From Paraspadella gotoi (lineage: Eukaryota > Animalia > Chaetognatha), in the NCBI GenBank assembly GCA_051294375.1, contig CM119264.1, forward strand, positions 23,444,858 through 23,508,857: a stretch of DNA of 64,000 nucleotides, written 5' to 3'. The notes below the pieces were generated by a model that had not been told where the DNA came from, made no database searches, and saw only the letters and a list, made by a program, of their open reading frames with translations. Both the position numbers and the translations under genes were made by a program. Below are positions 13,470 to 26,481 of the stretch, piece after piece. Each line of letters opens with the position of its first letter. Positions within the stretch are counted from its first letter, which is position 1.

Positions 13470-13830
13470 CAAGGCGAAGAGGCGGTACGACGAAGTCTAC
13501 GCTACGAAATCGGGGAAGTTAAGACAGTAAGGCGAAGTCAAATATGGAAAGTGAAAGAAAACGAGAAGTCGGCGCGGCAAAGTCAGTGCGGCAAAGTCAA
13601 TGCAGAAAAGTCAGCACGGCGAAATCAGCGGGGCAAAATCAATGCAACGAAGTCAGCCTGGCGAAATCAACGTGGCAAAGTCAGAGCGGTGAAATCAACG
13701 CGGCGAAGTCAGTGCGGCAAAGTCAATGCAGAAAAGTCAGCACGGCGAAATCAGCGGGGCAAAATCAACGCGACGAAGTCAGCTCGGCGAAATCAACGCG
13801 GCAAAGTCAGCGAGGCGAAATCAGCGTGGT
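13470..13830. repeat. 14-bp minisatellite (consensus AARTCAGCGCGGCR) with a 126-bp (9-mer) higher-order duplication
   Basis: Units aagtcagtgcggca/aagtcaatgcagaa/aagtcagcacggcg/aaatcagcggggca...; the block at 13580 recurs at 13706. Confidence 0.9.
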
Positions 13831-14088
13831 GAGGCAGCAAGAAATTTGGTCTTTCCTCTACCTTTTGAGTCGTTAATATTTTTTATCTTTTTCCACCTCA
13901 AATTTGTCAGGAAAAAAGTTGTATCAAACTCGAATTCAAAGGATTTATTGAAAGGATTTATTGAAGGGATTTATCGGTAGGTATTTTCATCCTTTGCTTT
14001 GATTTTGATGAATTCGAGAAAAGGAAAGTTGAAGGAAATAGAAAAAAGCTCTCGCTCTCTCTCTTGTATCTTTAAAATTTTAAAGTCA

Positions 14089-14191
<103 letters not shown>

Positions 14192-14293
14192 TCAACACTC
14201 GAAATTTTTCCTATGAATTTTAAAATATTGTTTCCCGACTCAGGGGACGCATTATATAACAATTTCCGCGGCGGCGGCGTCGTCGTAGTCGTA

Positions 14294-14334
<41 letters not shown>

Positions 14335-15774
14335 AATTTTGAGAAGTTAGCAAAAGTGGGGCGTGGGTGATTAAAGCGAAGGTGAACGATAGAGCAAAGC
14401 TCAAAAATAAAGAATGAAATCTCCAGTGGTTTTCTTTAAAACATAAGAAAATAATAGGCGAATACAGATTATTTATGTTTAAGTTTCTTTTTTTTTATTT
14501 AAATTTCACTACTATAAAATAGATTTTTCTGTCAAGTAGCTTTTCATAAATGTTCAAACGCTTATCATTTCAAAATGCTTTGCTCAAATTCCATTTAATT
14601 CACAATGTAAATCTTATCAAAGTTTGGGAATCATGTTTGAAGGCTGAATTTCCTATTTTCATTTTATTCCATTCTTTATTAGTTTCAACATTCGTCCTCT
14701 TTTTAATCCTAATCTCTTATCTTTGTAAACGTCTCAAATTCTAGCCTAAGATTCTTATTTCTTGCGGTTTATCTTTCCATAGTAATTGTGGCTGATTTTT
14801 TTTCTGATCTTTCTTTCCTTCTCTTTCTTTACCTTGAAAAAAATCCATTTTTTGTGAATTGAATTAATAATTTTCGGGGTTTACGGGCAAAACGCCACGG
14901 AGGCTTTGCGCCGCTACGCCGCTCCGCCGCTCCGACCCCTTAACAATCCCATAACATCTTCCCTTTCCCCCCCTTCTCGACCCTCCACTCCCCTCCCCTT
15001 TTGATCAACCTGGATTTTTGGCAACTCATTCAAAGGCATCATTATAATCTGGCGCTACGTCAACGTAATTCGATCCGGGGCCCCTCCTCCTTTTACATCC
15101 GGACCCCCATTCCTTCCTCCCCCCCCCTTTAATCCATCCCTCCTTCCTCTTTTTCTCCTTTTACTCCTCCCCCCCCCCTCGGCTCTAAAAAAGGAGAGAA
15201 CCCTTGATGCCACAACTCTCTCGATCCGTTGCATTTTAGCAGAAGAGGAAACGGTTTTTTCGTTCCGCAACGATCGTCGGGGAAAATTGATATCAAACGC
15301 AGTCGACAATGCCGTCGTCGTTATCATCATCGTCGTTGTCGTCGTCTTTCCCGGCGTCTCAGTAGTTGACTTGTTTCCAATTGCCATTGCTACTTTGTAA
15401 TAAGATGCCATATCCTTTTTCTCTTTTTCGTTTTAAGTTGACGGCAAACGCCATCTTCATGACATCGTCGTCGCCATCGTTGCCATCTTCGATGCTGCGT
15501 TCTCTCTCGATTCCATTTAAGTGGCAATCATTTTAGTGCTTCGTGTCATGGTATTCATGAATTGATCCATAACTGATTCCGTTTCTCGTCAAATTAGCGG
15601 ATTGTTTTAATTTAGTATTTGACATCGTCTTCGTTGTCGTCGTTTTCGTCGTCTTTCCTTTTCTCGTCATCGACGTCGTTTTTGTTGTTGTTGTCATTTT
15701 TGAGTTCGTATTACAAAAGTGATTCTTTTGAAGAGAAGAAATAAGACGTTCATCATAGCGCGGAATAAACATGG

Positions 15775-15882
<108 letters not shown>

Positions 15883-17035
15883 TTGCGAAACAAGTCATGG
15901 GACATTTGTTGCCGAAAGCAGAAGAAGATTGAGTGAGAGAGAGAAGAGGAGAGGGAAGCGGCTTTTGTCCTTGGAGAAGACGCACCTTTACCTCACCCTC
16001 TCTTTCTCTTTCTCTTTTTTTTCTTTTTACTCTCATTTCCTCTTTTTCTTTCTTTTAAACTTATATTCTCTAATCTCTATCTCTTTATTTTTATCTCTTC
16101 CTCATCTTTCTCCCTTATTCATTCTCAACTCATTACCGATTCGCTGTTACTAATATTCTTTTTATAAGATTATTATCGTTTGCTAAAGATTTAGTCTTTT
16201 TTGTTTTTCTCTTTTGTTACATTCAGTCGATTAAAATACGATAGCGACGATGACGACAGCGACGATGACGAAAACGACGAATTCAGTTCTCTCAGCCAAT
16301 CAGATTTGCGCTCAAGCAAAGTCATCTGTTTACATTTGGTTACATTAGTTCTCAATTCGAGCGCAGAAACGTTTTCATCTTACCATGCCATTGAATTGCC
16401 ACCCGTTCACTATTGCTCTCTCGCTCTCTCGGTCTTTCATAATTTTTAAAAACCATTCCCTGCCTTGGATTAAGCTTAAAAATAAATAAAAGGCGAAAAT
16501 CACCGCATTTATTTTCTTCTCGAGTTTAAGCCAAATATTAATGAAAAATATAATTCAATCACTGATTCCAAAGAAAGATATAATCGCCTCATTTACGATT
16601 TAACGCTCTCATTCCGTCAAGATGCGGATGCGTCCATGCGTCCCTCGAAGAGAAGTCTTTGCGGCATTTCTTTATCTGGGGAGAATCGATGAATAATTCA
16701 CGAGTTTACAATGAATGCGCGCGATTAACTCCCACTCTCTCTTTCTCTCTTTCTCTCTTTCTTTCTTTCTCTCATTCTCTCTTTCTCTCTTTCTCTCTTT
16801 CTCTCTTTTACTCTTTCTATGCATCTCCTATCGTTCCAGATTAAACCTGGCGAAACAGGTCGCTTTATTTTTGGGAAACTGCCTCTCCTNNNNNNNNNNN
16901 NNNNNNNNNNNNNNTGATTAATTAACTGATGAAATTAATTCTGCATTAAGTTAATACATTTCTTGCATTTACATTTAATATAAAAAATTAAGCATAATCA
17001 TTTGATTAATTCATTAATCAATTTGTGAAACAATT

Positions 17036-17400
17036 TGTTTTGTTTTTTCCATTTAGGGACTCATTTCCACTCAGGAACGATTTCCATCGGAACTTGATTT
17101 CCAGCTCTTAATCACACACTCTTACCCACATACAAAATTTCAGTCAATCGCCCTTACACTCGATGAGTAATTGTGTTCAAATAGAGAATATTATTTGTTT
17201 CCATTTAAATGTCATTTCCACCTCGGACGATTCATAGAAACTCATATCCAGCTCATCACACAGCTTCCCTACCCCACACACAAAATGTTCATTTCAATCC
17301 ATCCATTCAATCACGAGTAATTGTATTTTTTGCTTAAGGTGGACGGGACCGACAGACAGACGGACAGACAGATGTTACGGACGCGGACATCATTTTTTGC
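17036..17400. mobile_element. Non-autonomous Helentron/HINE (DINE-1-like) element remnant
   Basis: Two diverged ~150-bp tandem units (ttccattta...catttccac...ccagctc...cacac...caaaat...caatc...gagtaattgt) followed by a GACA/GACG microsatellite (gacagacagacggacagaca), the architecture known for HINE-type elements; termini not identified. Confidence 0.5.
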
Positions 17401-17654
17401 ATAATTTATCATAATTCGACTGTCTCTGACATTGGATATAAGTGAGTGCCCGACAATATTGAGGGGGGCGGATACCGACGGACCCGGACAAAGGCTGAAT
17501 TATTAGAGTCGGGGATCTGCTGATAAGCTAGGTTCCGACTTAATGGGATACGTCGGGCGGATCCGGCATGTTTGCTCAAGCTTCTTCTTTTTCTCTCAAC
17601 TTTTTTTTTTTCGTTCCCTCAACGCGACCGTCTCCCTTCGTTCACGTTCTGCAG

Positions 17655-20460
17655 CCCATTTTCGGCGATGGGAATCGGTTCCCGTGATGGACCGTCGGCG
17701 CGCAGATTTTCCCACTAACGTTTCGATCGCTGCTGTCTCTGCACTTGCTCCTCCGCCGGCCGCGTCGCCACTATCGTCGGCAGCTTCGCGTCTCACTCGA
17801 GGTCCGCCACTCGATGGAGACGTTTTGCTGGGTGGCGCTGCGTTTAAACGCCGCCGCCGCCTCGCGGGTGGGCGGTCCTGAGACAAAGGGACGTGATGTC
17901 GCAAGATGTCCTTTAGGCGACGAGAGAATGTGACGACGACTGAGATAAAAAATAATTTTCTATCTATTGATTACATAATATATTTTTAATAAGTATTTAT
18001 ATTTTGTGTATATATTTGTTAATCATCTGAATGTTCTAATAATATAGCTGATTCATCTCTCCGATAATAGACGGAAAACTCCTCATCAATCTTATTTATG
18101 CATATTCTAATCGTCATAATGTTCTCTCGCATTTACAAATAAGAAGTATACTTGGTGTGTGAAATGTTATTATTTGTCGAGTGTCCCGTAACTTATGGAT
18201 ATCATATAGTTTTTTAACGCATTTCAACGTGCGAATATATAATTGATTAACAATTGAGAATTTGAAACAGTAATAAATTTAATCTGGAATCGATCTAACA
18301 ATGTCAAAGGAAATGTAATTCAAATCACCATCATTATCACAGTTTAATCCAAATGTATCCAATCACAGTTAATCACAGTTAAGCAGAAGCTAATCACATC
18401 AATATAAACATTCACATCGCAGTTAATCAAGTCAAAAACGATAAATTAAGTATTCCCTCCCGCCTCCAACCACCGAATTAAAAAAAGGAGTCCCGAATTC
18501 TTCCATACTATCGGGCGTCCAAGCTTCCGTTTCGGTCTCAGCTTTTCCCCATCGCCTCCCGCTTCGTTCCAGCGTCGCTGTCGTACGCGCCCTCCGGTCC
18601 GACGATGACGCGGCGCATGTGCTGCGGTGTGGGAAAGAGGCTGCGGGGAGTGCGCATTCGTGGAGGATCACCCAGGGGTCTTGAGGACCGTTTATTGGTC
18701 AGATCAAGCTAAAAGCGTCGCGAAATGGAGCGTTCGAAGCGATAGGAAACTTTTCGGGTCTTTCTGTCAAGCTCTAATTTCAAAAGTCTTCATCGTTTGA
18801 AATTAAGATATTTAAATTTTTACATCAAATAGACTCATGGTGTAATACACTGTATTGTGTTGTGGATAAGGCTAAGTGGCTACTTTCTGTGCCCCTTCGG
18901 GAGCAATTGATCAGGTCCTGGGCTTTGGAACAGGCTGAGGGTTTTTTCAATCCTCTAGGCGATTTTACTGGCTTCGTATGGGTACCGAATTTAATGGTCA
19001 TAAGCTTGATGCCAAGTTCTCAATGAGCCACGGGGCACAACTTATGGCTCATAGGCGGGCTGGGTGAACCTTGTTACAATGGTCGACTACATGTATTTAA
19101 CTTGATCAACAAGAACCTCTCATGAGTAATATCCACATCTCGACTCTTTCTCGCTTCTCAAGGATCCGCGCATTCATCATTCGCAAACTGCAGCAGCGTC
19201 TGAGTGCGAATGCCGCGTCCACCGATGCGACGCGGACTTCCGACGAAATGGGCTATTCGAACAGGACGACGGACCGAACTCAAGCGAGAAGAAGGAGCGC
19301 CTTCGCATCTACGATCCGCCCGTGCCGGCATGATTATGGTGGGGGGGGATCTAGACTTTTAGGTTGCTTAAAAGTTTTTTTCATTCAAAGTCTAATAGAT
19401 TTTCTTTGCAGCATCATTAGATTGGCTGAAGAAGAAGGAAAAGAGCCTCCGATTTCTGCGAATGTAGGCAATGTGAATATGTGCGTCACCAAAATAACGA
19501 CGCCTATGCCAAGAAACGAAATCTATTGATAAATTCACCTCGTCATGGACTTTAACTACGAAAACTCTTTTCAGAAGCTATAGTTTGGCGTGAACGACCT
19601 TTTCACCGCGACCCCTCCCATACCTCATGCTCCGTTGCCCGTGTCGACGACGTGTTTCGCTTCTGTTTCGTCGCGGGTTTTCGTCCCTGCGTTTCTTCGC
19701 GTGCGCCCTCGATCCGAAACTTTGATTAGTTGAACAAAAGGCCGCGGAGATGTTTCATTTTTACGACAGGATTTGCCACGACGCACGACGTTTGGCCGGA
19801 AAACAAAAGACTATCGTTCTTTCCCGAAAAGATCGAAAAGCGTAATAAATAAAACAAAAATAAGTAATTATAAACGGGCAAATGCCCATGTTTTGCCCCG
19901 CCTATAAACACTTCCCGTTGCTGTTACCTGTGACTGATTGAGTAAACCTTTTAGCTTGAGTAAAGTACTGGTCAATCCAACCGGGCACCGTGCAAGCAGC
20001 ATGACGTTGCACGCTTGACTACCTTCGTGACAAAGCGACCCGGGTCCCATTACTGCGCTGGCGAGAATGGAAAATAATTTTAAATTCAAATGACATTAAG
20101 TTTAGGATGTAAAACTGTCTTTTAACTTTTTTTTATTCCCCCGTGCCAAGCATTCGGCGGCCGGTGCTTGGTTTCTGTACTCCTTCAATCGGCGGTTTAC
20201 CGCGCATCTTCACGATTCCCCTCGTTGGGCGGGTACATAGGTGGGTACATCGGTTCTGACGAGTATCTGGAAGGCGTACCGGAGCTATGGTTGTCTTTTA
20301 TACTCTATAGAGATGCAGTGGTTTTTTTTGCGCGGTTCTGGGGCGGGGGAATTTTTGGATTTCTCTCTCTCCTCTCTCAAAATGGGCGTGGCCGGTTACG
20401 GGTCACGTGACGACGGCAATTAATTCGAGCGACGCATGACGGATTCGGGGGAAATCGTCG
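17655..20460 (+). CDS. Probable split-SET-domain (SMYD-like) lysine methyltransferase gene, frame-disrupted in this sequence
   Basis: Motifs appear in the expected order across exon-like segments with acceptors before 17655, 19163 and 19412: ADFPTNVSI...GDVLL...AF; RNGAFEAIGNFSG; SSFAN(x)S...ANA; DEM/AIRT...ELK..EE/LRIY; RRK...FCECRQC (post-SET). Joining them needs several frameshifts; the 3' end is approximate. Confidence 0.5.
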
Positions 20461-21393
20461 GGCCGAAGAAAAAAAGTGAACCATTATAACGAAATAATAC
20501 ATTTAATATTAATGTTATACGGAAATAATGGATTCGGCATTGAGAAAAATCGGGGGAAAGACGGACTCGAATCGCGTCGGGAGAATCAGGTGGAAATTAG
20601 GGAAGAGGAGAGGGAGAGAGGGAGAGGCGGGAGGAAAGGAGGGGAATTGGGTTAAATAGTAATAGGGGAGAAAGGAAAGATATATTGTAAAAAAGTGGGG
20701 GCATAGACGAACGAATTTATAATTGTTTATACAATGAAAAATTCTAACTATAATATCATTACCGACGACTCGCAGAATGAAGTATGATTTAAAAAAATAA
20801 TTGAAAAGGAACGAACAAAAAAGAAGAGAAAAATAACTACGAACCAAAAAAATTTTAGTTTTTCTTCGAAACAATGGCCTTTCCTAATTCTTTCCTAATT
20901 GTCTCTCTCTCTCTCTCTCTCTCTCTCTCNNNNNNNNNNNNNNNNNNNNNNNNNNNNNNNNNNNNNNNNNNNNNNNNNNNNNNNNNNNNNNNNNNNNNNN
21001 NNNNNNNNNNNNNNNNNNNNNNNNNNNNNNNNNNNNNNNNNNNNNNNNNNNNNNNNNNNNNNNNNNNNNNNNNNNNNNNNNNNNNNNNNNNNNNNNNNNN
21101 NNNNNNNNNNNNNNNNNNNNNNNNNNNNNNNNNNNNNNNNNNNNNNNNNNNNNNNNNNNNNNNNNNNNNNNNNNNNNNNNNNNNNNNNNNNNNNNNNNNN
21201 NNNNNNNNNNNNNNNNNNNNNNNNNNNNNNNNNNNNNNNNNNNNNNNNNNNNNNNNNNNNNGGAGGAGGGAGTAAAACGCAGGGAGAGTGTCAAAATGAG
21301 TTGGAAAGAATGGTAGGAATTGTTGACAAATTGATATACTTATATCGTAGGAGCGGAAATGTGGGTTAGACGGGGGGACTTAGCCTTTGGTGA

Positions 21394-21431
<38 letters not shown>

Positions 21432-21609
21432 AAACACGTGAGAAAGTTTTTTTTTGGAAAAAGTCGATTGTTTGAAGCTCAAATAAAAGAAATTCACTCT
21501 TAAGTCGGTCATAATTTTTTTATTCTTTTTTTTTTAAACTTATTGTTTCGTCATATACGACATTTGGACAAAAAAAATAAAAGGTCTGTAAAATATTGAA
21601 AGTAGTCTC

Positions 21610-21660
<51 letters not shown>

Positions 21661-22647
21661 CGTCTGCTCTCTTTTTTTTTTGTTTTTTGTTTTGTGATCT
21701 TTCGCTCTCTCTCCAACTTAAGGGGACCCAGTGATAAAAATGATATCATAAGCTTAAGGCGGTCTATCATCAAAGGAATTTGAATGGTGATAGTCATTAA
21801 TTTTCTTTGCACGGGAAAGTGGCAAAAAAATTCCTATCTCTTATTGTTTAGCGGAAACAAAAATTTAATAATTATGAAAAAACATTTAGTTGACCCTACC
21901 TAAATATTTATATAATCCATTATTTTTTTTTGCATTAGAAAGTATTTTTACGAAATTCCAATTTTTTATTTTTTACTGTACAAGGCGTACAGTTTTAGGT
22001 TTAAGCCTCATTGAACAAAGGCTTTACAAGACTAATATTTTTTATTTTATATATTTACTTAAAAGCAGACAAATCAAACCTAAATTCTATTCTTACAGAA
22101 ACAAAACTGTAATAATTATTAATTAATATTCATATTCATCCCTTAAATGTATTATTAAACTATATTGATTCCTAATTATAATAATTAAAAATTTAGCAAA
22201 AATAAAGAATCTTTCTCTTTTTTTTATATTTATATTACCTTAGAGAGTTTTATTTTCATCCAATTAACAGAATCATTTGAAAAAGAAAATTTAAATAAAA
22301 TCAGTCGATACCTTAAATTTGGATTCATTCCTAGTTTTTTTCTTCTTATAAAATTTGTGATAAAAGCTGAAAATCTTTTTAAAATTAGATCTTACCCTTT
22401 TTTGGAAAAAAAATTTTAAACTTGAAAAAGATTTTCTTCTTACCGATTTTTTAAAGAAAATTAAGCTCGCTGATTTTATCGAATTTTTTAACTACTTTCC
22501 CAAATGATTAAAAAAAAAAAAATTATATGGTCAGAACCAACTTAAGTTAAAGGGTCAAATGTTATGTTTTCAGCTTTTTACCCCCCCTGTTCACTTGGGT
22601 CCCCTTAATCTTCGATCGCTCTTTCTTTCCATTTCTCTCTATCTTTG

Positions 22648-22733
<86 letters not shown>

Positions 22734-23817
22734 CAAAAACAATAAAACTGTGATTCTTTTTCAGCGACGTCAAAATGTTTACTTTCTGTTCGATAACCCT
22801 ACCACTCTTCAACCCCAATGCCCCCTTCGCTCTAACCCCTCATCGTAAACAACCCCCGCGTCTTAGAAGTTAGAACAAACTAACAAACGAGAATTAAAGA
22901 ATGAAATGAAGAATAACAATAAAGATTTGTTTCTTTTTCTTTCAATAAAAGTTTAAAAACTTTTTTTTTTAAATCTGAGATCGAAGGATCGGTTATCGCC
23001 TTTTGTCAAAATTTCGACGAGTTTTTATTGAAGACAAAACCTCTTGACTTACGACGATAACGACGACGACGAAAACGACGACGATCACAACAACAATCAC
23101 GACGAGGATAACAATGACACCAAAAAGCCGCGATCGAAAACTTCTTCACTTATCATTTTGATCTTTAAACTAATCTCGTTCTCTGTCTCGCTCTCGCTCT
23201 CAAACTTATCTTCTTAGATCTCTCGTTTGACTATTTCCATTTTCTGCGCAACATCGCGCATCTATGATTGTTATCCGTTATCGTTTCAATTTATAATAAT
23301 ATCGCTCTTCTGAAACGACTTGGAGGACAATAGGGCGATAATTTAAGAGCAGCTATCGCTTTCGCGATATCGCTCTTCTATCATCGCTCTTCTTGTCTCA
23401 TTACCGTCTCTCTTCCCAGCGGCGGAGTCAACTTTTGTCCCTGGGACGAATTTCAATGGTTTGTCTCGACATAACGTTTTTTAGTTTGTCTTTATGTCTT
23501 TATTTCTTTATTTCTATTAATCTTTCTTTCTTTGTTCCTATCTTTCCTTATTTTTTGGTTAATCCAGTTTATATCTTCCTCTTTTAATTCGATTTGAAAA
23601 TGTTGCTTTTTCTTTTCCACCGACTTCCTCTTCTGCAATCATCCCGCGATTTTTTTAACCTTATTTTTTTTAAATTAATATTGTTTTTCATATTTTCTCA
23701 AACATTGTTTCCCGGCTTCGCGTTTGTCAACCCGAAAGGCCGAAGCGGCTCTGAAAAACTCAATGGGATTTGGTCAAGAATTTTCAATTTTCCAAAATTG
23801 AAGGAAAAATAGATAAA

Positions 23818-23852
<35 letters not shown>

Positions 23853-25441
23853 NNNNNNNNNNNNNNNNNNNNNNNNNNNNNNNNNNNNNNNNNNNNNNNN
23901 NNNNNNNNNNNNNNNNNNNNNNNNNNNNNNNNNNNNNNNNNNNNNNNNNNNNNNNNNNNNNNNNNNNNNNNNNNNNNNNNNNNNNNNNNNNNNNNNNNNN
24001 NNNNNNNNNNNNNNNNNNNNNNNNNNNNNNNNNNNNNNNNNNNNNNNNNNNNNNNNNNNNNNNNNNNNNNNNNNNNNNNNNNNNNNNNNNNNNNNNNNNN
24101 NNNNNNNNNNNNNNNNNNNNNNNNNNNNNNNNNNNNNNNNNNNNNNNGAGAGAGAGAGAGAGAGGCTCCGGAAGCGGTGATCGTTGTTTCCTTGACTTCA
24201 TCTTTGGAATTTGGGCCTCGTGCTGGCAGAGGAGGAGAAAGAAAGAAATAAATATATATAAAAAAAGAAAAAGAAAAAAGAAAAAGAAATAAAACCGTGG
24301 AAAGAGAGTTGAAAAAAATTGTTATCCTTTGAAATTTTGCGCAATTGTGATAAGCAGGGAAAAACCAAGAGACGGTGCCAAAGCAAAGGCGAAGGATACA
24401 AAAATGGAAAAACTTGACAAAAAATGGCAGAAAATGGCAACAAAATGGCATGTGGAGAGAAGATAAACGCAATCGAAAGCTAAAAAAAGACACCGATTGA
24501 AAATTATTCCCNNNNNNNNNNNNNNNNNNNNNNNNNNNNNNNNNNNNNNNNNNNNNNNNNNNNNNNNNNNNNNNNNNNNNNNNNNNNNNNNNNNNNNNNN
24601 NNNNNNNNNNNNNNNNNNNNNNNNNNNNNNNNNNNNNNNNNNNNNNNNNNNNNNNNNNNNNNNNNNNNNNNNNNNNNNNNNNNNNNNNNNNNNNNNNNNN
24701 NNNATTTCGTTAGAATTCGGAGCCAAAAAAAAAAGGATGAATTAAGGTAAATGTTTGTTTTTCTCGGTTTTTTGCACGAATTTCGACGAACGACAATCAA
24801 CTTTGAAATTGAATAACATACGGACAAACGGAACAAACGGAAAACATACTTAATAGATGAAAACAATTTTGATGAAAAAAATAAAGGAAAAATATATTAT
24901 GGTACTATTATACACTAATGAGTGAATTATCGGTAATGTTTCTGCAAAGTTAATTGTTATTGTTTGTTGCCGCTATACTGTGCCGAGCCGAACGAAGGAC
25001 TTCATCCGTCTTCATCTTCCATCATCGCATTCATCTTCTTTCGCTTCTCAGATTTAATTCCCTTCCATTTTCTCGACCAACAGAAAAACAAAGACGAAGG
25101 AACGAAACAGAATGAATGGACGAACGAATGAATGAATGAATGAGTAATGCGTTATGAATAATGAAAAAGGGAATAATGAAGTGAGACCAGAATCGCGTAA
25201 TTACCTGGCAATTACGAAAAGAAGATTCTCTCTCTCNNNNNNNNNNNNNNNNNNNNNNNNNNNNNNNNNNNNNNNNNNNNNNNNNNNNNNNNNNNNNNNN
25301 NNNNNNNNNNNNNNNNNNNNNNNNNNNNNNNNNNNNNNNNNNNNNNNNNNNNNNNNNNNNNNNNNNNNNNNNNNNNNNNNNNNNNNNNNNNNNNNNNNNN
25401 NNNNNNNNAAAGAGAGAGATATTGACATCCATGTTTCTTTT

Positions 25442-25483
<42 letters not shown>

Positions 25484-25897
25484 ATATCTTGTCTTTCTCC
25501 TCTTTATATCTTTCTCTTCTCGTTTACCTTTCCTTTCCTTTTGATTGACGTCATTTTTTGTTTCGCTACGACGTAAAGAAGAATTTTATTTCTTTTTCTT
25601 TCTCAATTCAGTTGGGAAATTGTGAATAAAATTGTGAATAAAATTATGAATAAAATTCTTGAATTCTTGATATCAAAAGCATTAAATATTGGGCCTGCGA
25701 TATAAAATTTCAGGATAGTGGCTTAAACCATATACATTATTGTACCTGGTGACGCATTATTTATTCGAATAACTTTTTACTTTAAACATTATAGCCAAAG
25801 GACAGCAATCATCATTCTCCAGGATATTTTTATTTGATCGGTTTCCGGTGAAGCCTTTTACTTGGAATCATGATCTGGCTTGTTATATATCTCTATG

Positions 25898-26026
<129 letters not shown>

Positions 26027-26117
26027 CGCGCCCGTGAACTAAAACGTGCCTCCTATTACTTTTTTTAAGTGGAAAAAAAAGTTTCGCTTTCGTAATTTTT
26101 TTCCCCGCTTCTCTTTT

Positions 26118-26205
26118 GTTCCTCGCGACAATGGAGACTGATTGCCTAGTAACAATGGCCGACGGTTGCTTGGAGACAATGAGCGATGGTTGCTTAGCAA
26201 CGATG
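26118..26205. promoter_or_regulatory. 24-bp tandem array carrying RFX X-box-like motifs and ACAATG (SOX-like) sites
   Basis: attgcctagtaac (26141), gttgcttggagac (26165) and gttgcttagcaac (26189) at exact 24-bp period; ACAATG follows the degenerate unit at 26118 and the first two X-box units. Confidence 0.45.
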
Positions 26206-26354
26206 AATCCTCGCGTCGAGAAGAAACACAATGGAAAAAAAACGCTGGAGAGAGAAAGTGAGAGGGAGAAGGAGAGCGAGCGAGAGTCAGGTGCTCGAGA
26301 CGTATAAAGACTTTTCAAGGTCTTACTCGACTTCCGATGTACATTGTAGGTGTG

Positions 26355-26481
<127 letters not shown>

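Noticed and set aside
13560-13830. CRISPR-like array (also considered for 26118-26205 and 30997-31082)
   Set aside because: Head-to-tail units without unique spacers, eukaryotic context, no cas genes
13395-13980. Basic protamine/histone-H1-like repeat protein
   Set aside because: Arises from a 14-bp unit that gives the same peptide in every frame
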